This document shows, piece after piece, positions 46,701-55,172 of a DNA stretch of 64,000 nucleotides. Numbering within the stretch: the first letter of the stretch is position 1; the number at the start of each line of letters is the position of its first letter. The notes beneath the pieces were generated by a model. The model did not search any database. It was not told the DNA's origin and was given only the letters and a program-made list of their open reading frames with translations. Position numbers and translations under genes: made by a program. The stretch comes from a virus, in IMG/VR virus record IMGVR_UViG_3300028394_000037. One strand, 5' to 3'.

Positions 46701-48847
46701 GGAAACCGAGTAGACCAAATTGGATTTGGAGGACATCTACCACTCTGAACTTTTGGTTTTTCTTGAGGAACTGGTGCAGGAGGAGCATCAATAGTTAATG
46801 ACACACCCATTGGATTTTCATTCCAAGATTTACTTGATATAATAGTTCCTGAATTAACTTCTGATGAAGAAAATATTCTTTTAAAAGATCCAGAACTAAC
46901 CTGCAATACCACATTATCCCAACCTTGGTATCCCTCATCAACTATAAAACTCTTATTATCTCCAGATGGAGTTTCATCCCCAGTATAAGAAGATATGCTA
47001 TTATTATAGATTGGAGTAATTACAGAAGCAGTACAAGGACCATAAATTTTTCCACCACTTATAGTATATGATTTTGTACTTGGTGTGGATATAGCACTGG
47101 ATAGTTTTGATATATTACTATCAACATTTGGTATAGAAATCATATAATCTAAACCAGATCTCCCGCTGACGGTTATTGTAACATTTTGATCTCCAGTATA
47201 TGAACTCAAATCTAAATAAATTCCTGGACCATTAAAACCAGTTACCGCACTTGGGGCAGATACTTGAGAAGATGTTGAACCACCAAGTATTGGTATGGTG
47301 ATTGGTGCATAAAAAGCAGTTAATTCTCTTTGAAATCCTAATGGCGACAAAAATTGCATTTCATTAGTATCTAATGTAAGAAAATGTTCTCCAGTTCCAG
47401 GACGAAAATATCTAACTACTTCAGCTCTATCTACTCCTGGAGTATCATATGCTGCTCCAACAATACCTTCAAAGTTATACCCTGCAGCAACTGCATTATC
47501 TCTTTCAACTATACTTGCCACATAAAGATGATCTCCAGTAGGTCCATAAAACAAACGATATACTGGTACAGTTCCAGGAACTTGATTGGTATCTTTAAAT
47601 AACTTAAAGGCAAGAACTTCTTCATATAGATTGTTTTCTGCTATAAATTCTGTTGATGGATTTGAAGTATAGAAATGTTGACTTTGTGCTGGTCCACCAA
47701 AATCAAAGGTAAAAAACCTTCTCATATCAACAGTTTCTGCATATTTAACTACAGGTGGTGGTGTTACAATTGGAGCATAAATTGGAACATTCAATAAATT
47801 TATATAAATTTTATGCTTACCTGCTTTATATGTTTTTTTGATTGGAGTTGGCACATCTAAAAATTGATTTAGATCTGCAATAAATTGATTGTCAATAAAA
47901 ACTTTTGCAACATTATCACACAATCCACGAATGATATATTCTCCATCATAAGGAAAATCAACTTCCCATTCAAACACAAATAACTTTCCAGAATTATCAG
48001 TACCGGGAACATTAGATGGTGGAACTGGAGATATTGCATATGTATTGGTAAATGGATTCCACGCAGGATGTGAAACCAGATATGTTTGATTATATAAAGT
48101 AGATCCGTAACTAATCTTTAAAGGTTTTTTCTTTCTTGTAGTCCAAAATGGATTAGATGCTGTAGATAATGATTTCTGATATTTGTCAATTTCATATGCA
48201 ATTGGATCTGCACCAATTCCAGTATATGCCTCTGGTTGCCAAGGCCCTAAATCTTCTCCATTAGGTCCCCAATTTCTGCCAAATCCAACAGTTGTATCAG
48301 GACATATTTCATAATCTTCAAAGTCTGCTTCTTTATCATATGTTTCATACGATTCTGTAACTTCACCTAAAACAGCAACTAATACTGCACCATTTGTATT
48401 ATTGCAAGGATCATTTAAATCAACCAGAGGTGGATATTGATATCCGTGCCCGCCTCTAATAAGATCTACAGCAAGTACTGCCCCATCAACACCTATAATA
48501 GGATTACCTGCTGCACCAATTCCACCACCACCAAAAAATTGAACTTTAGGCGCACCGCAAGGTTTAACTTGTTGCAATCCACCACAATCAGTCTCAGTAG
48601 AAAGAGTATCATTTGGAGTTAATTTATTGACTTCATTAATATTAAGATATCTTATATTGTTATCACCATCCTTAAAAATGAATACTGTTCCAGGATTTTT
48701 TTGAGCATATGCATTTGCTTCACATATAGTATAATCATATTCATATCCAGTAGCACCATCAATAAATCCTACTTTAATCGCAGCAGTAGTTACAGGTGCT
48801 GTTAAATTAAAAAGATCAACTCCACGTACTTTATTTGAATTTGCCAT
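43766..48847 (-). CDS. Large multidomain baseplate-associated protein, 1693 aa
   Basis: Three PA14-like segments (DG.Y....DN...I.G), two DUF5648-like domains, an EGF-like Cys motif and a Pro/Thr linker. Confidence 0.7.
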   Translation of the reverse strand: MANSNKVRGVDLFNLTAPVTTAAIKVGFIDGATGYEYDYTICEANAYAQKNPGTVFIFKDGDNNIRYLNINEVNKLTPNDTLSTETDCGGLQQVKPCGAPKVQFFGGGGIGAAGNPIIGVDGAVLAVDLIRGGHGYQYPPLVDLNDPCNNTNGAVLVAVLGEVTESYETYDKEADFEDYEICPDTTVGFGRNWGPNGEDLGPWQPEAYTGIGADPIAYEIDKYQKSLSTASNPFWTTRKKKPLKISYGSTLYNQTYLVSHPAWNPFTNTYAISPVPPSNVPGTDNSGKLFVFEWEVDFPYDGEYIIRGLCDNVAKVFIDNQFIADLNQFLDVPTPIKKTYKAGKHKIYINLLNVPIYAPIVTPPPVVKYAETVDMRRFFTFDFGGPAQSQHFYTSNPSTEFIAENNLYEEVLAFKLFKDTNQVPGTVPVYRLFYGPTGDHLYVASIVERDNAVAAGYNFEGIVGAAYDTPGVDRAEVVRYFRPGTGEHFLTLDTNEMQFLSPLGFQRELTAFYAPITIPILGGSTSSQVSAPSAVTGFNGPGIYLDLSSYTGDQNVTITVSGRSGLDYMISIPNVDSNISKLSSAISTPSTKSYTISGGKIYGPCTASVITPIYNNSISSYTGDETPSGDNKSFIVDEGYQGWDNVVLQVSSGSFKRIFSSSEVNSGTIISSKSWNENPMGVSLTIDAPPAPVPQEKPKVQSGRCPPNPIWSTRFPAKKSWYPVRYYPVGYTPPTPAITTPAPIPPLTLVPDTKIVLDKPLPILGGATEIYYGKDAQGDFFTTLSVPPGQMVTRPGAGSGRSITISGDGAEGLKLKDIISKQQTNTPSSNSSTPPPSKNSPWSNFMNRYALSPVPPLDTPSSDSAGVTHSNDWEVDIAYDGYYAVKATADNSGRILIDGKEVHNAEGFNVENPGSSKIFLTKGKHKITTEVTNSPIDKKSTIDLKIFSTLDWQSSIPIISKPVETVDMRRFFTFDFGGPAQSQHFYTSNPTTEFIEQNNLNEEGLAFKLFKDINQVSGTVPVYRLFHGPTGDHLYTTSIPEKDNAVAIGYNFEGVVGAAYDTPGVDRSEVIRYFRLGTGEHFLTLDTNEMPSLAALGFQREGTAFYAPTVIPTSPQQTNSNFITQKDKITYEGIPLVHWNDKRWSDYMNKYSVSPYLGDVNSPNAAITGTFTLTWRNVTFPEDGSYKVKMQGDNIASFTINGVDIRTTTDFVGDPIEDIANITKGTYDLVITLTNTKVASDIFAVNPSGVALEITKQTSVIEADAFSWQQNPVAISAVLISPPCPKKISGKGVVSKVIPAAQGNTPSIKNCKDPNATYNLVTQKCECNPGYTLNSTTGKCEQTTPIPPPPGPNPICSTSTKGYTGPGIYLDLTKKTGKQSIDIKISSPADSFEVKDGNNNITINASKVYDLDGGRIYGPISSKSGTVYVGSELIPPLTKLSDNDLVILDTDGNIIMTLNASAPIGSFVRCGSLTPFPTPTPTPTPPPPTPTPPPPTPTPPPPTPGPQVSGYPVCLILESVIIDDPGINYECGVDKLSIVPDNGVVLDYICDPFGKIKEVKIVSEGTCFSVYPRITLPSKTGINASFTPVFKVIRDPLDPALTGERQKLLQVTDLVGLKQTGYVDGRAYYGSVFYDQGAKYAGYYKTIGEPIRVYDTLQESITAQVTTPPSAIQRVGTDVTANDPKLNIPGTLQ
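44337..44420 (-). repeat. 21-bp Pro/Thr repeat (TPTPPPP)x3
   Basis: Repeated ggtgttggtgttggaggtggt. Confidence 0.9.
45527..47738 (-). repeat. Dispersed ~433-bp intragenic duplication (45527-45959 and 47306-47738)
   Basis: ETVDMRRFFTFDFGGPAQSQHFYTSNP...TAFYAP occurs twice with an offset of 1779 bp. Confidence 0.92.
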
Positions 48848-48900
48848 ATTTTTTTTATACGTCCTTCAATTCTCTTTTCATATGGAATTAATATTCATAT

Positions 48901-50406
48901 TTATGTGAAATCTTTGGATATAAGTTTTTTCAAATTTTGTATTGGAGTTGCAAATGGTATTTCTAGTTTTAATGGCTTATCAATAAATTCCTGAGTAGAC
49001 TTATCAACTTCAGATACTCTTGGATCATTTGGTGTAGTTGTTGCACCACCTCCTTTTTGTAATGTATAATAATCTGATATTGGACACTCTGGTTTTAAAT
49101 CACAACCAAAAACATTAAATGTAATATTTTCAAAATTTAAAGCAGAACTTATACTACCATTAATTCCACTAATTAATGAACTGACTTGGGATATACCACC
49201 ACTTACCTGAGATAAAGCATTGCCCACTTTATCAATTTCAGATAATGTATCAGAAAGAAATGAATTTGCAATATTTACCGCATTACTAACACCGTCTGTC
49301 ATCTCTTTCATATTCATGGCAATCATTGTTCCGGTTAATGACTCAACAGAACAAAGTGTAGTAAAAGTATATGTATTAGGTGGTGTTTCCTTCGTAGTAT
49401 TTAACATAAATGGATTATTTTTATTGTTTATAGTTTTGTCTTCAAAAAATCCTTGCAATTGAGCACAAAGATTTTGAGTAAGTTTATTGTAAAGACATAC
49501 AATCAATTTAGTAATTGTTTTTTTTATATCAATAAATTGATTTCTTTTATTTGGTGGAATTTTATTTACAGTTGGTGCCAGTGCTTTATTGATTTTCTTC
49601 AAAACGTACTGCATAATCTTATCAAAAATAATCTTAATATATTTTGCAATTTCACAAGCAAAGTTAGCAATCAGTGCTCTAATATCAGATAATATTTGTG
49701 ATGCAGCATCAACATAACTCTTTGCTGCATGGAGTATTTTATTAATCTCATCAGTAAGTTCTTGAATTTTGATTTGTATTGCTTTAAGTGCAGACTTCAT
49801 CATATTGCACGGATTCATCAATACTGTCTTCTTTTGATATAATTCATTACGCTTAATATCAGCAGCACTTTGCTGTTGAACAGCATTTACTCCTTCTAGA
49901 GTTGGTTCAGGATTTGCTGGTGTTGGTCCAATACTTTTTCCTTCATCAGGAACTTTAATAGTTTGATCAGTATATGCACTTGTTGGTGCAAAATTACTTT
50001 GTGTAGTTCCAACTGTTTTTCCTAATACAGTTTGTGCATTATTACCAAGCACTCCCATAATAACTGGAACTTGTGCATCAGAATCATCAAGAAAAAATCC
50101 AAATACAAAATTACCTTGTCTTATATTTGGAGTTTGAGAACTTGTTCCTTGCCCACCCCCAGCCGTAATTGGATACATTACCTGTGCCCAAGGTAATTGA
50201 TCCGAAGGAATTGTTTCTTCTTCTTTATCGTGATATCCTATAATTCTAACTTTATACCTATATCCCCATCCAGGAATTTGATCTGGACTTTCAAATTTTC
50301 CAGGAAGTATATTATCTTTCCAAGTAGAATCCTGAGCGATTTGTCCAATCCACCAATGAAACCCACCTGTTCCCAAAAATCCTGAATTAAATAATGTTCC
50401 TTCCAT
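48901..50406 (-). CDS. gp5: Baseplate hub/spike gp5-like protein (N-terminal OB fold, no visible lysozyme), 501 aa
   Basis: WWIGQI...RYKVRIIGYH...LPWAQV...GNFVFGFFLD...QVPVIMG. Confidence 0.85.
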   Translation of the reverse strand: MEGTLFNSGFLGTGGFHWWIGQIAQDSTWKDNILPGKFESPDQIPGWGYRYKVRIIGYHDKEEETIPSDQLPWAQVMYPITAGGGQGTSSQTPNIRQGNFVFGFFLDDSDAQVPVIMGVLGNNAQTVLGKTVGTTQSNFAPTSAYTDQTIKVPDEGKSIGPTPANPEPTLEGVNAVQQQSAADIKRNELYQKKTVLMNPCNMMKSALKAIQIKIQELTDEINKILHAAKSYVDAASQILSDIRALIANFACEIAKYIKIIFDKIMQYVLKKINKALAPTVNKIPPNKRNQFIDIKKTITKLIVCLYNKLTQNLCAQLQGFFEDKTINNKNNPFMLNTTKETPPNTYTFTTLCSVESLTGTMIAMNMKEMTDGVSNAVNIANSFLSDTLSEIDKVGNALSQVSGGISQVSSLISGINGSISSALNFENITFNVFGCDLKPECPISDYYTLQKGGGATTTPNDPRVSEVDKSTQEFIDKPLKLEIPFATPIQNLKKLISKDFT

Positions 50407-50624
50407 TAGTTCTCGTATATTCTACATTCTGGTGAATCTGGATTTTCATCACAAAATAATTCTAATGATGATGGAGTTTTAGTTATTTCTGGATTATTTT
50501 TTTGATATCTTTCTAAATTATTCAGTTCATCTTCAAGATGACGAAGACGTTGACTACAAATATCTGAAGTATCAAGTTCTTGTCTAGTATCAAATATATG
50601 TTGTTGAAGAGTTTTAGTGTTCAT
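50406..50624 (-). CDS. cp12: CP12 Calvin-cycle inhibitor, phage type
   Basis: C-terminal LELFCDENPDSPECRIYEN and central RHLEDEL match cyanophage CP12. Confidence 0.88.
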   Translation of the reverse strand: MNTKTLQQHIFDTRQELDTSDICSQRLRHLEDELNNLERYQKNNPEITKTPSSLELFCDENPDSPECRIYEN

Positions 50625-51952
50625 ACAGTTGGATTTCCTGTTTTTCCATAAGAATCTCTAACCAAAATCAATTTAGTAAAAGTCCCTGTTGTAGAAATCA
50701 TATGACATAAATGTGATATCATATATATGCCACCAAATTGTTCGCTTTTACTTTTATCGGTATTTGAGGATAGTTCTGGATTATCAACAAAAATAAGATC
50801 TCCTGCGTGTAAACTAAAATCACCAGGAATCGTAATTCTTACTTTAATTGTAAACAGTTGATTATATCGCATTGCTGCTTGATTTAAGATACCATTCGGA
50901 TCAAAATTTTGTTCTTGTGATTTGCTAATTTGTTCTTTAGTATTTCCCGTAGGTAATGTTCCAGTATCAATGAGCATATATGATGTTCTAGTATGCTTAT
51001 TAGGAAACTCATCATTTAAAACTGGAAGTTCTTTTCCTGCAAGTTTTAAATTTTCTTTCGTTAATTCTGCTCTTGGATATTCTACTTTATAATAACAATT
51101 GAATGGATCAAACGTTATAATTTTTGTTGAATATGTGCCTATTTCAAATTTTGATACAACATCAGCAGTATTATCAATATCATACTCAAGAATCTTTCCA
51201 CCATATCCAACCGGAATATTTTGACCTCCAGAATCTGGCGAATCATTATAAATTAAAGACTTTACTGGTTTAGATAAAAATAATTTATCAATTGATTTAT
51301 ATTGAAATCCCTTTGAGGTTTCAAAGAAAAAATATCCCGCAGTATTTCCTTTTGCATTTTGAGTATTTGGTACTGATCTTTTTGATAACCAAGTGCAAAG
51401 ATAAATTGGTTTTTTATTATTTCCTATAAAGTTATAATTATTTAAAGTTTCTTCAATATCAATATTCTTTTTAGTATTTAAACAATTATTATCAGTAAGA
51501 ATATATTTAATATGATCAGAAATCTTACCATTAAATCTAGTTTTTACTCTAATTTGCTCATTTAAAATATATTCTTTTGATACCAAATCTAAAGAAATTA
51601 AAGATCTTCTTGAATCTTGATTTAATGGAGATATTTTATTTACATATAGTGCTAAATCTAATTTATTATCCAAATTATCAGTCATTACCAACTTCATTTT
51701 TTCTTGTCCAACCAAAGGTAAACCTTCAATTACACTCATATACTTACCATTATTTTCAACAGAATTACCAGTATCAGTATAAACACAAGTTACTTTTATT
51801 GTTTGTTGTAAAATACTTTCATAATAATATAACTCAGTTGTTCCATTCGCAATATCTACATTTTGTTTAGTCTTATTTGAGGTAACACTAAACAGATTTA
51901 TATTGGAAGGTTCTGCTAATTTTGAAAATAATTGTTGCTGTTCGTCTGCCAT
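50621..51952 (-). CDS. Baseplate hub (gp27-like) protein, 443 aa
   Basis: YYYESIL...AGYFFFET..GFQYKSID...IPGDFSLHAGD...GGIYMISHLCH, located between the tape-measure-like genes and gp5. Confidence 0.65.
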   Translation of the reverse strand: MADEQQQLFSKLAEPSNINLFSVTSNKTKQNVDIANGTTELYYYESILQQTIKVTCVYTDTGNSVENNGKYMSVIEGLPLVGQEKMKLVMTDNLDNKLDLALYVNKISPLNQDSRRSLISLDLVSKEYILNEQIRVKTRFNGKISDHIKYILTDNNCLNTKKNIDIEETLNNYNFIGNNKKPIYLCTWLSKRSVPNTQNAKGNTAGYFFFETSKGFQYKSIDKLFLSKPVKSLIYNDSPDSGGQNIPVGYGGKILEYDIDNTADVVSKFEIGTYSTKIITFDPFNCYYKVEYPRAELTKENLKLAGKELPVLNDEFPNKHTRTSYMLIDTGTLPTGNTKEQISKSQEQNFDPNGILNQAAMRYNQLFTIKVRITIPGDFSLHAGDLIFVDNPELSSNTDKSKSEQFGGIYMISHLCHMISTTGTFTKLILVRDSYGKTGNPTV

Positions 51953-51976
51953 ATTATTATTTTACTATTTTATTAT

Positions 51977-54900
51977 TTAACCTATAAGTGCAAGAGATTC
52001 ATATGGATCACTATTAGAACCACCAATAAAACTACTTGTTCCTCTATTCATAGGAACAGGAACAGGAATTAACTCTGGTTCTGGAAGTTCTACAATAATA
52101 TCCTGCATTCCCATATTTTCATATCCAGCATAAGACTGAAGAACACTCATCAATTGAGGTTTAGTTTTTGCTGCGTTGAGATACTCTAAAAGATTTGGTG
52201 CAAGAGAATCCAATCCTCTTGTAGTATCGGCATCAAAAACGAATTCTGGTCTTCCGTTCTCGGCAAGAGTTGCAAGAGTGGGTTTCAAAACTCTTCCGCC
52301 TTTTGCAAATGCAGTTTTACCTCCACTTAAAGGTATATTTGGTAATGGTGTTATTTGTGGTTTAGTAGGTGGTTTCGGGGGTGGTGTTAATTGAAATGCT
52401 CGCGGAATTGTATAAGGTGTTGTTAAAGGTACTGGTGGTTTTGGTTTTGCTCTTGGCGCTGCTGGTGGTGATGATGCTACTGGTGACGAAGGTGCTTGTG
52501 GTCTAGATGCTGCATTACTTGGAATTCTATAAAATTTTCCAGAACCTCCATAAGTATTTTGATATTGTGATAGTGGAGCAATCCAGCTAAATTTTGCTCC
52601 ACTAGATGAATTTGATATAATATTACCATCTGGTAGAACAACTCCAATATGCTTTTGTCCATTTACAATATACAAATCTCCAGGCATTTGGTTTCCTGAA
52701 GCAATTCTTACATATCCAGAATTAATCATTGCAGATTCTGCATCCGGAACATTATTAGAATTTCCCCAAGGAGGAGTTAATCCCGCTTTTGAAAACACCT
52801 TATTTACTGCCCAAACACATGCATTATTTCCACCATCAGGTCCAGAAGCAGTAGACATTCCCTTTAACGATTTTGCAGATTCTGCTAAATTAGATGCTAC
52901 TGGACCAGAACCAGCTGGAGGTCTATAATTTCCATACTTGGCAAATAATTTATTTCCAAATGCTGCTCTACGTGGAGATTCTATTGCATAATCTCCAGGT
53001 ATTTCAAATTTCTTTAACCAAATATCAGATGCTTCTTGAAGACTCTTTGCGTTTTTAATTTCTTGCCATTGCCCTCTGTCTTGAGCTTCCCATTTTAAAC
53101 CAACCAATTGTCCCTCTAATGTATTGGGATCCATACCTTTAGAACTAATATATGCAGAAACTTTTGGCCACCTAATCTGTTTATCCCACTGTGCGATACC
53201 ATGATGTGTTATATTGTCTGCTTTTGGATCAAATCCACCTTCTTGTTGAAGATTTCCTGCAATACCTGCTGCTTGTTCTCCAGTCAATCCTTGAGATATC
53301 AAATAATGCATAGTTTTTTCTTCACCACTTGAACCAGAAAAATCTGCAGCACCTTCAACTCCAGGTTGTGATGGTGAAGAAGATGGGGTAGTTTTAATAT
53401 CCTCTGCCCCCTTTAATCTCATTTCTTTCATCAAATCATTAATAATATCATCAATTTTAGGAACAACTAAATTTTCAACTGAATTCTGCAACCATTTTGT
53501 TATATCTCCACCACCTAACATTGGTGAAACAGTAACTGGACCGCCAGATGCAAATGCTGTACCACCTCTTGTAATTTCATTTGAACTTGCAAGACTTATC
53601 CAGTTACTTAATCCATTTCCTGCATTCATATAATCAGTTTTATCTGGTTTTTGTCCAAGAATTGCTTTAATTGGCAATCCAAATAAAGGAGCTAAGTCAG
53701 AACCTTCACTCATAGTTTTGAAGGATTTCTCCATATAACCAAGTGGATTTATTGATTTATTATCGCTATTCTCTGGGAATATTTTTGATATATTCTTTTT
53801 ACCACCAATACTTGCACCAGGTTTTACTGGTGTTGACTTAACATTTAAGGTTCTTCTTGGTTTTTTTAATGTTCTTTTTATAGGACCACTTGTAGATTTT
53901 CCACCTCTTGTTATTCGTCCTCCCCCTGCCGCTTTTTGTTTTTCTCCACCAGTCAATGAATCATAAAGCATTCCACCTGCAATATCACCAAGATATCCAC
54001 CAAGAATCGTTCCTGCAAATGGAACTGGTATAAGAGTTCCAAGAGCAGCCCCAGCAGTAGAACCAACTGCTTTTGCTGCTGCTCTACCTATAGGTTCTTC
54101 TCCCATTGCAACATTAATTGCAAAATCAATTAATCCACCAATAACAGGAACTCTTCCCAAACCTTTTGTTAGAAACTTTGCAGGACCCTTTCCCAAAAAC
54201 TTTATTGCTGCTCTTTGTGGTGCCTTGGAAAGTCCCCTTTTCATAATATTACCTTCTCCAGTTCCACCAAGAAGTCCTCTTTGAGGACCAAATCTTTCTG
54301 CAAGAGGTTTGAATTGTGATCTTACCCTGTTAAGAGCACCTTTTTGTGATTTTCCATTTTTTAGATCATTTTCAAACATTCTGGCAGCATCATTGCCATA
54401 GGTTTTCTCAATTTTTTTTATTCTTTTATTTCTATCAAAATAATCTAAATTTGAACCTTTACCGCTATTACCATTAGGTCTTGTGGGTTTAGTTCCTTTA
54501 GGACCCTTGCCCTTTCCAGTTGCAAGCATACCAAAAATAAGAGCACCATTAATAAATGCAGTAAATGCTCCTTCAAATTTTTTAAACATCTTGAGGGCAC
54601 CGTCACCCCCAATATCTTTGATAAACTTTTCAGTTTTATCAATTGCTTTATATCCCCAATCAATAAAAGTTACTAATCCATCAAGTGCTTTTCCTCCCCA
54701 ATCAAGAAGAAAATTAAATACTGGAGTTGCAAGTTTTATAAAACCTATAAGTTTTGGTAAATGCGGTATTAAATTATAAACAAAATACCCAATCAATGTT
54801 TTAAAAATAAAATTTTTAAGAAAACCCAAAAATCCAAGTCCTGGTATAGAAGGAACTTTAAATTTATTATCCTTATCTTTTTGTTTATTTTCTAATTTTT

Positions 54901-55168
54901 TTTCATTCTTATCACTAGTTTCCTCTTCTTTTTGTATTCTATTTTTTTCTGTTTGTTTCTTTTTGAATAATGTAGTACTAGCAAATATATCTCTAATACG
55001 TAAAACTTTTTTACCAATTGAATTTAAAATATTATTATCATTATCTTCATTTTTATCTTCTACTGGAGATAATACTTTAGATGTATTAATTTTCGTCGTT
55101 TTTGGACGAATATTAATACTTACTTTTGGTTTTGATGATGGTAAAAGTTTATCTTTAGTAATTGCCAT
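51977..55168 (-). CDS. Tape-measure/hub-like protein with tail lysozyme and Cys-His amidase-like domains, 1063 aa
   Basis: AAGIAGNLQQEGG...GIAQW...KKFEIPG (phage tail lysozyme-like) and NACVWAV...PGD...KHIGVV (NlpC/P60-CHAP-like). Confidence 0.75.
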   Translation of the reverse strand: MAITKDKLLPSSKPKVSINIRPKTTKINTSKVLSPVEDKNEDNDNNILNSIGKKVLRIRDIFASTTLFKKKQTEKNRIQKEEETSDKNEKKLENKQKDKDNKFKVPSIPGLGFLGFLKNFIFKTLIGYFVYNLIPHLPKLIGFIKLATPVFNFLLDWGGKALDGLVTFIDWGYKAIDKTEKFIKDIGGDGALKMFKKFEGAFTAFINGALIFGMLATGKGKGPKGTKPTRPNGNSGKGSNLDYFDRNKRIKKIEKTYGNDAARMFENDLKNGKSQKGALNRVRSQFKPLAERFGPQRGLLGGTGEGNIMKRGLSKAPQRAAIKFLGKGPAKFLTKGLGRVPVIGGLIDFAINVAMGEEPIGRAAAKAVGSTAGAALGTLIPVPFAGTILGGYLGDIAGGMLYDSLTGGEKQKAAGGGRITRGGKSTSGPIKRTLKKPRRTLNVKSTPVKPGASIGGKKNISKIFPENSDNKSINPLGYMEKSFKTMSEGSDLAPLFGLPIKAILGQKPDKTDYMNAGNGLSNWISLASSNEITRGGTAFASGGPVTVSPMLGGGDITKWLQNSVENLVVPKIDDIINDLMKEMRLKGAEDIKTTPSSSPSQPGVEGAADFSGSSGEEKTMHYLISQGLTGEQAAGIAGNLQQEGGFDPKADNITHHGIAQWDKQIRWPKVSAYISSKGMDPNTLEGQLVGLKWEAQDRGQWQEIKNAKSLQEASDIWLKKFEIPGDYAIESPRRAAFGNKLFAKYGNYRPPAGSGPVASNLAESAKSLKGMSTASGPDGGNNACVWAVNKVFSKAGLTPPWGNSNNVPDAESAMINSGYVRIASGNQMPGDLYIVNGQKHIGVVLPDGNIISNSSSGAKFSWIAPLSQYQNTYGGSGKFYRIPSNAASRPQAPSSPVASSPPAAPRAKPKPPVPLTTPYTIPRAFQLTPPPKPPTKPQITPLPNIPLSGGKTAFAKGGRVLKPTLATLAENGRPEFVFDADTTRGLDSLAPNLLEYLNAAKTKPQLMSVLQSYAGYENMGMQDIIVELPEPELIPVPVPMNRGTSSFIGGSNSDPYESLALIG

Positions 55169-55172
55169 TGTT

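Noticed and set aside
45527-47738. Duplicated block as a DGR template/variable repeat
   Set aside because: Differences are not adenine-specific, both copies lie within one ORF, and no reverse transcriptase is present in the window.
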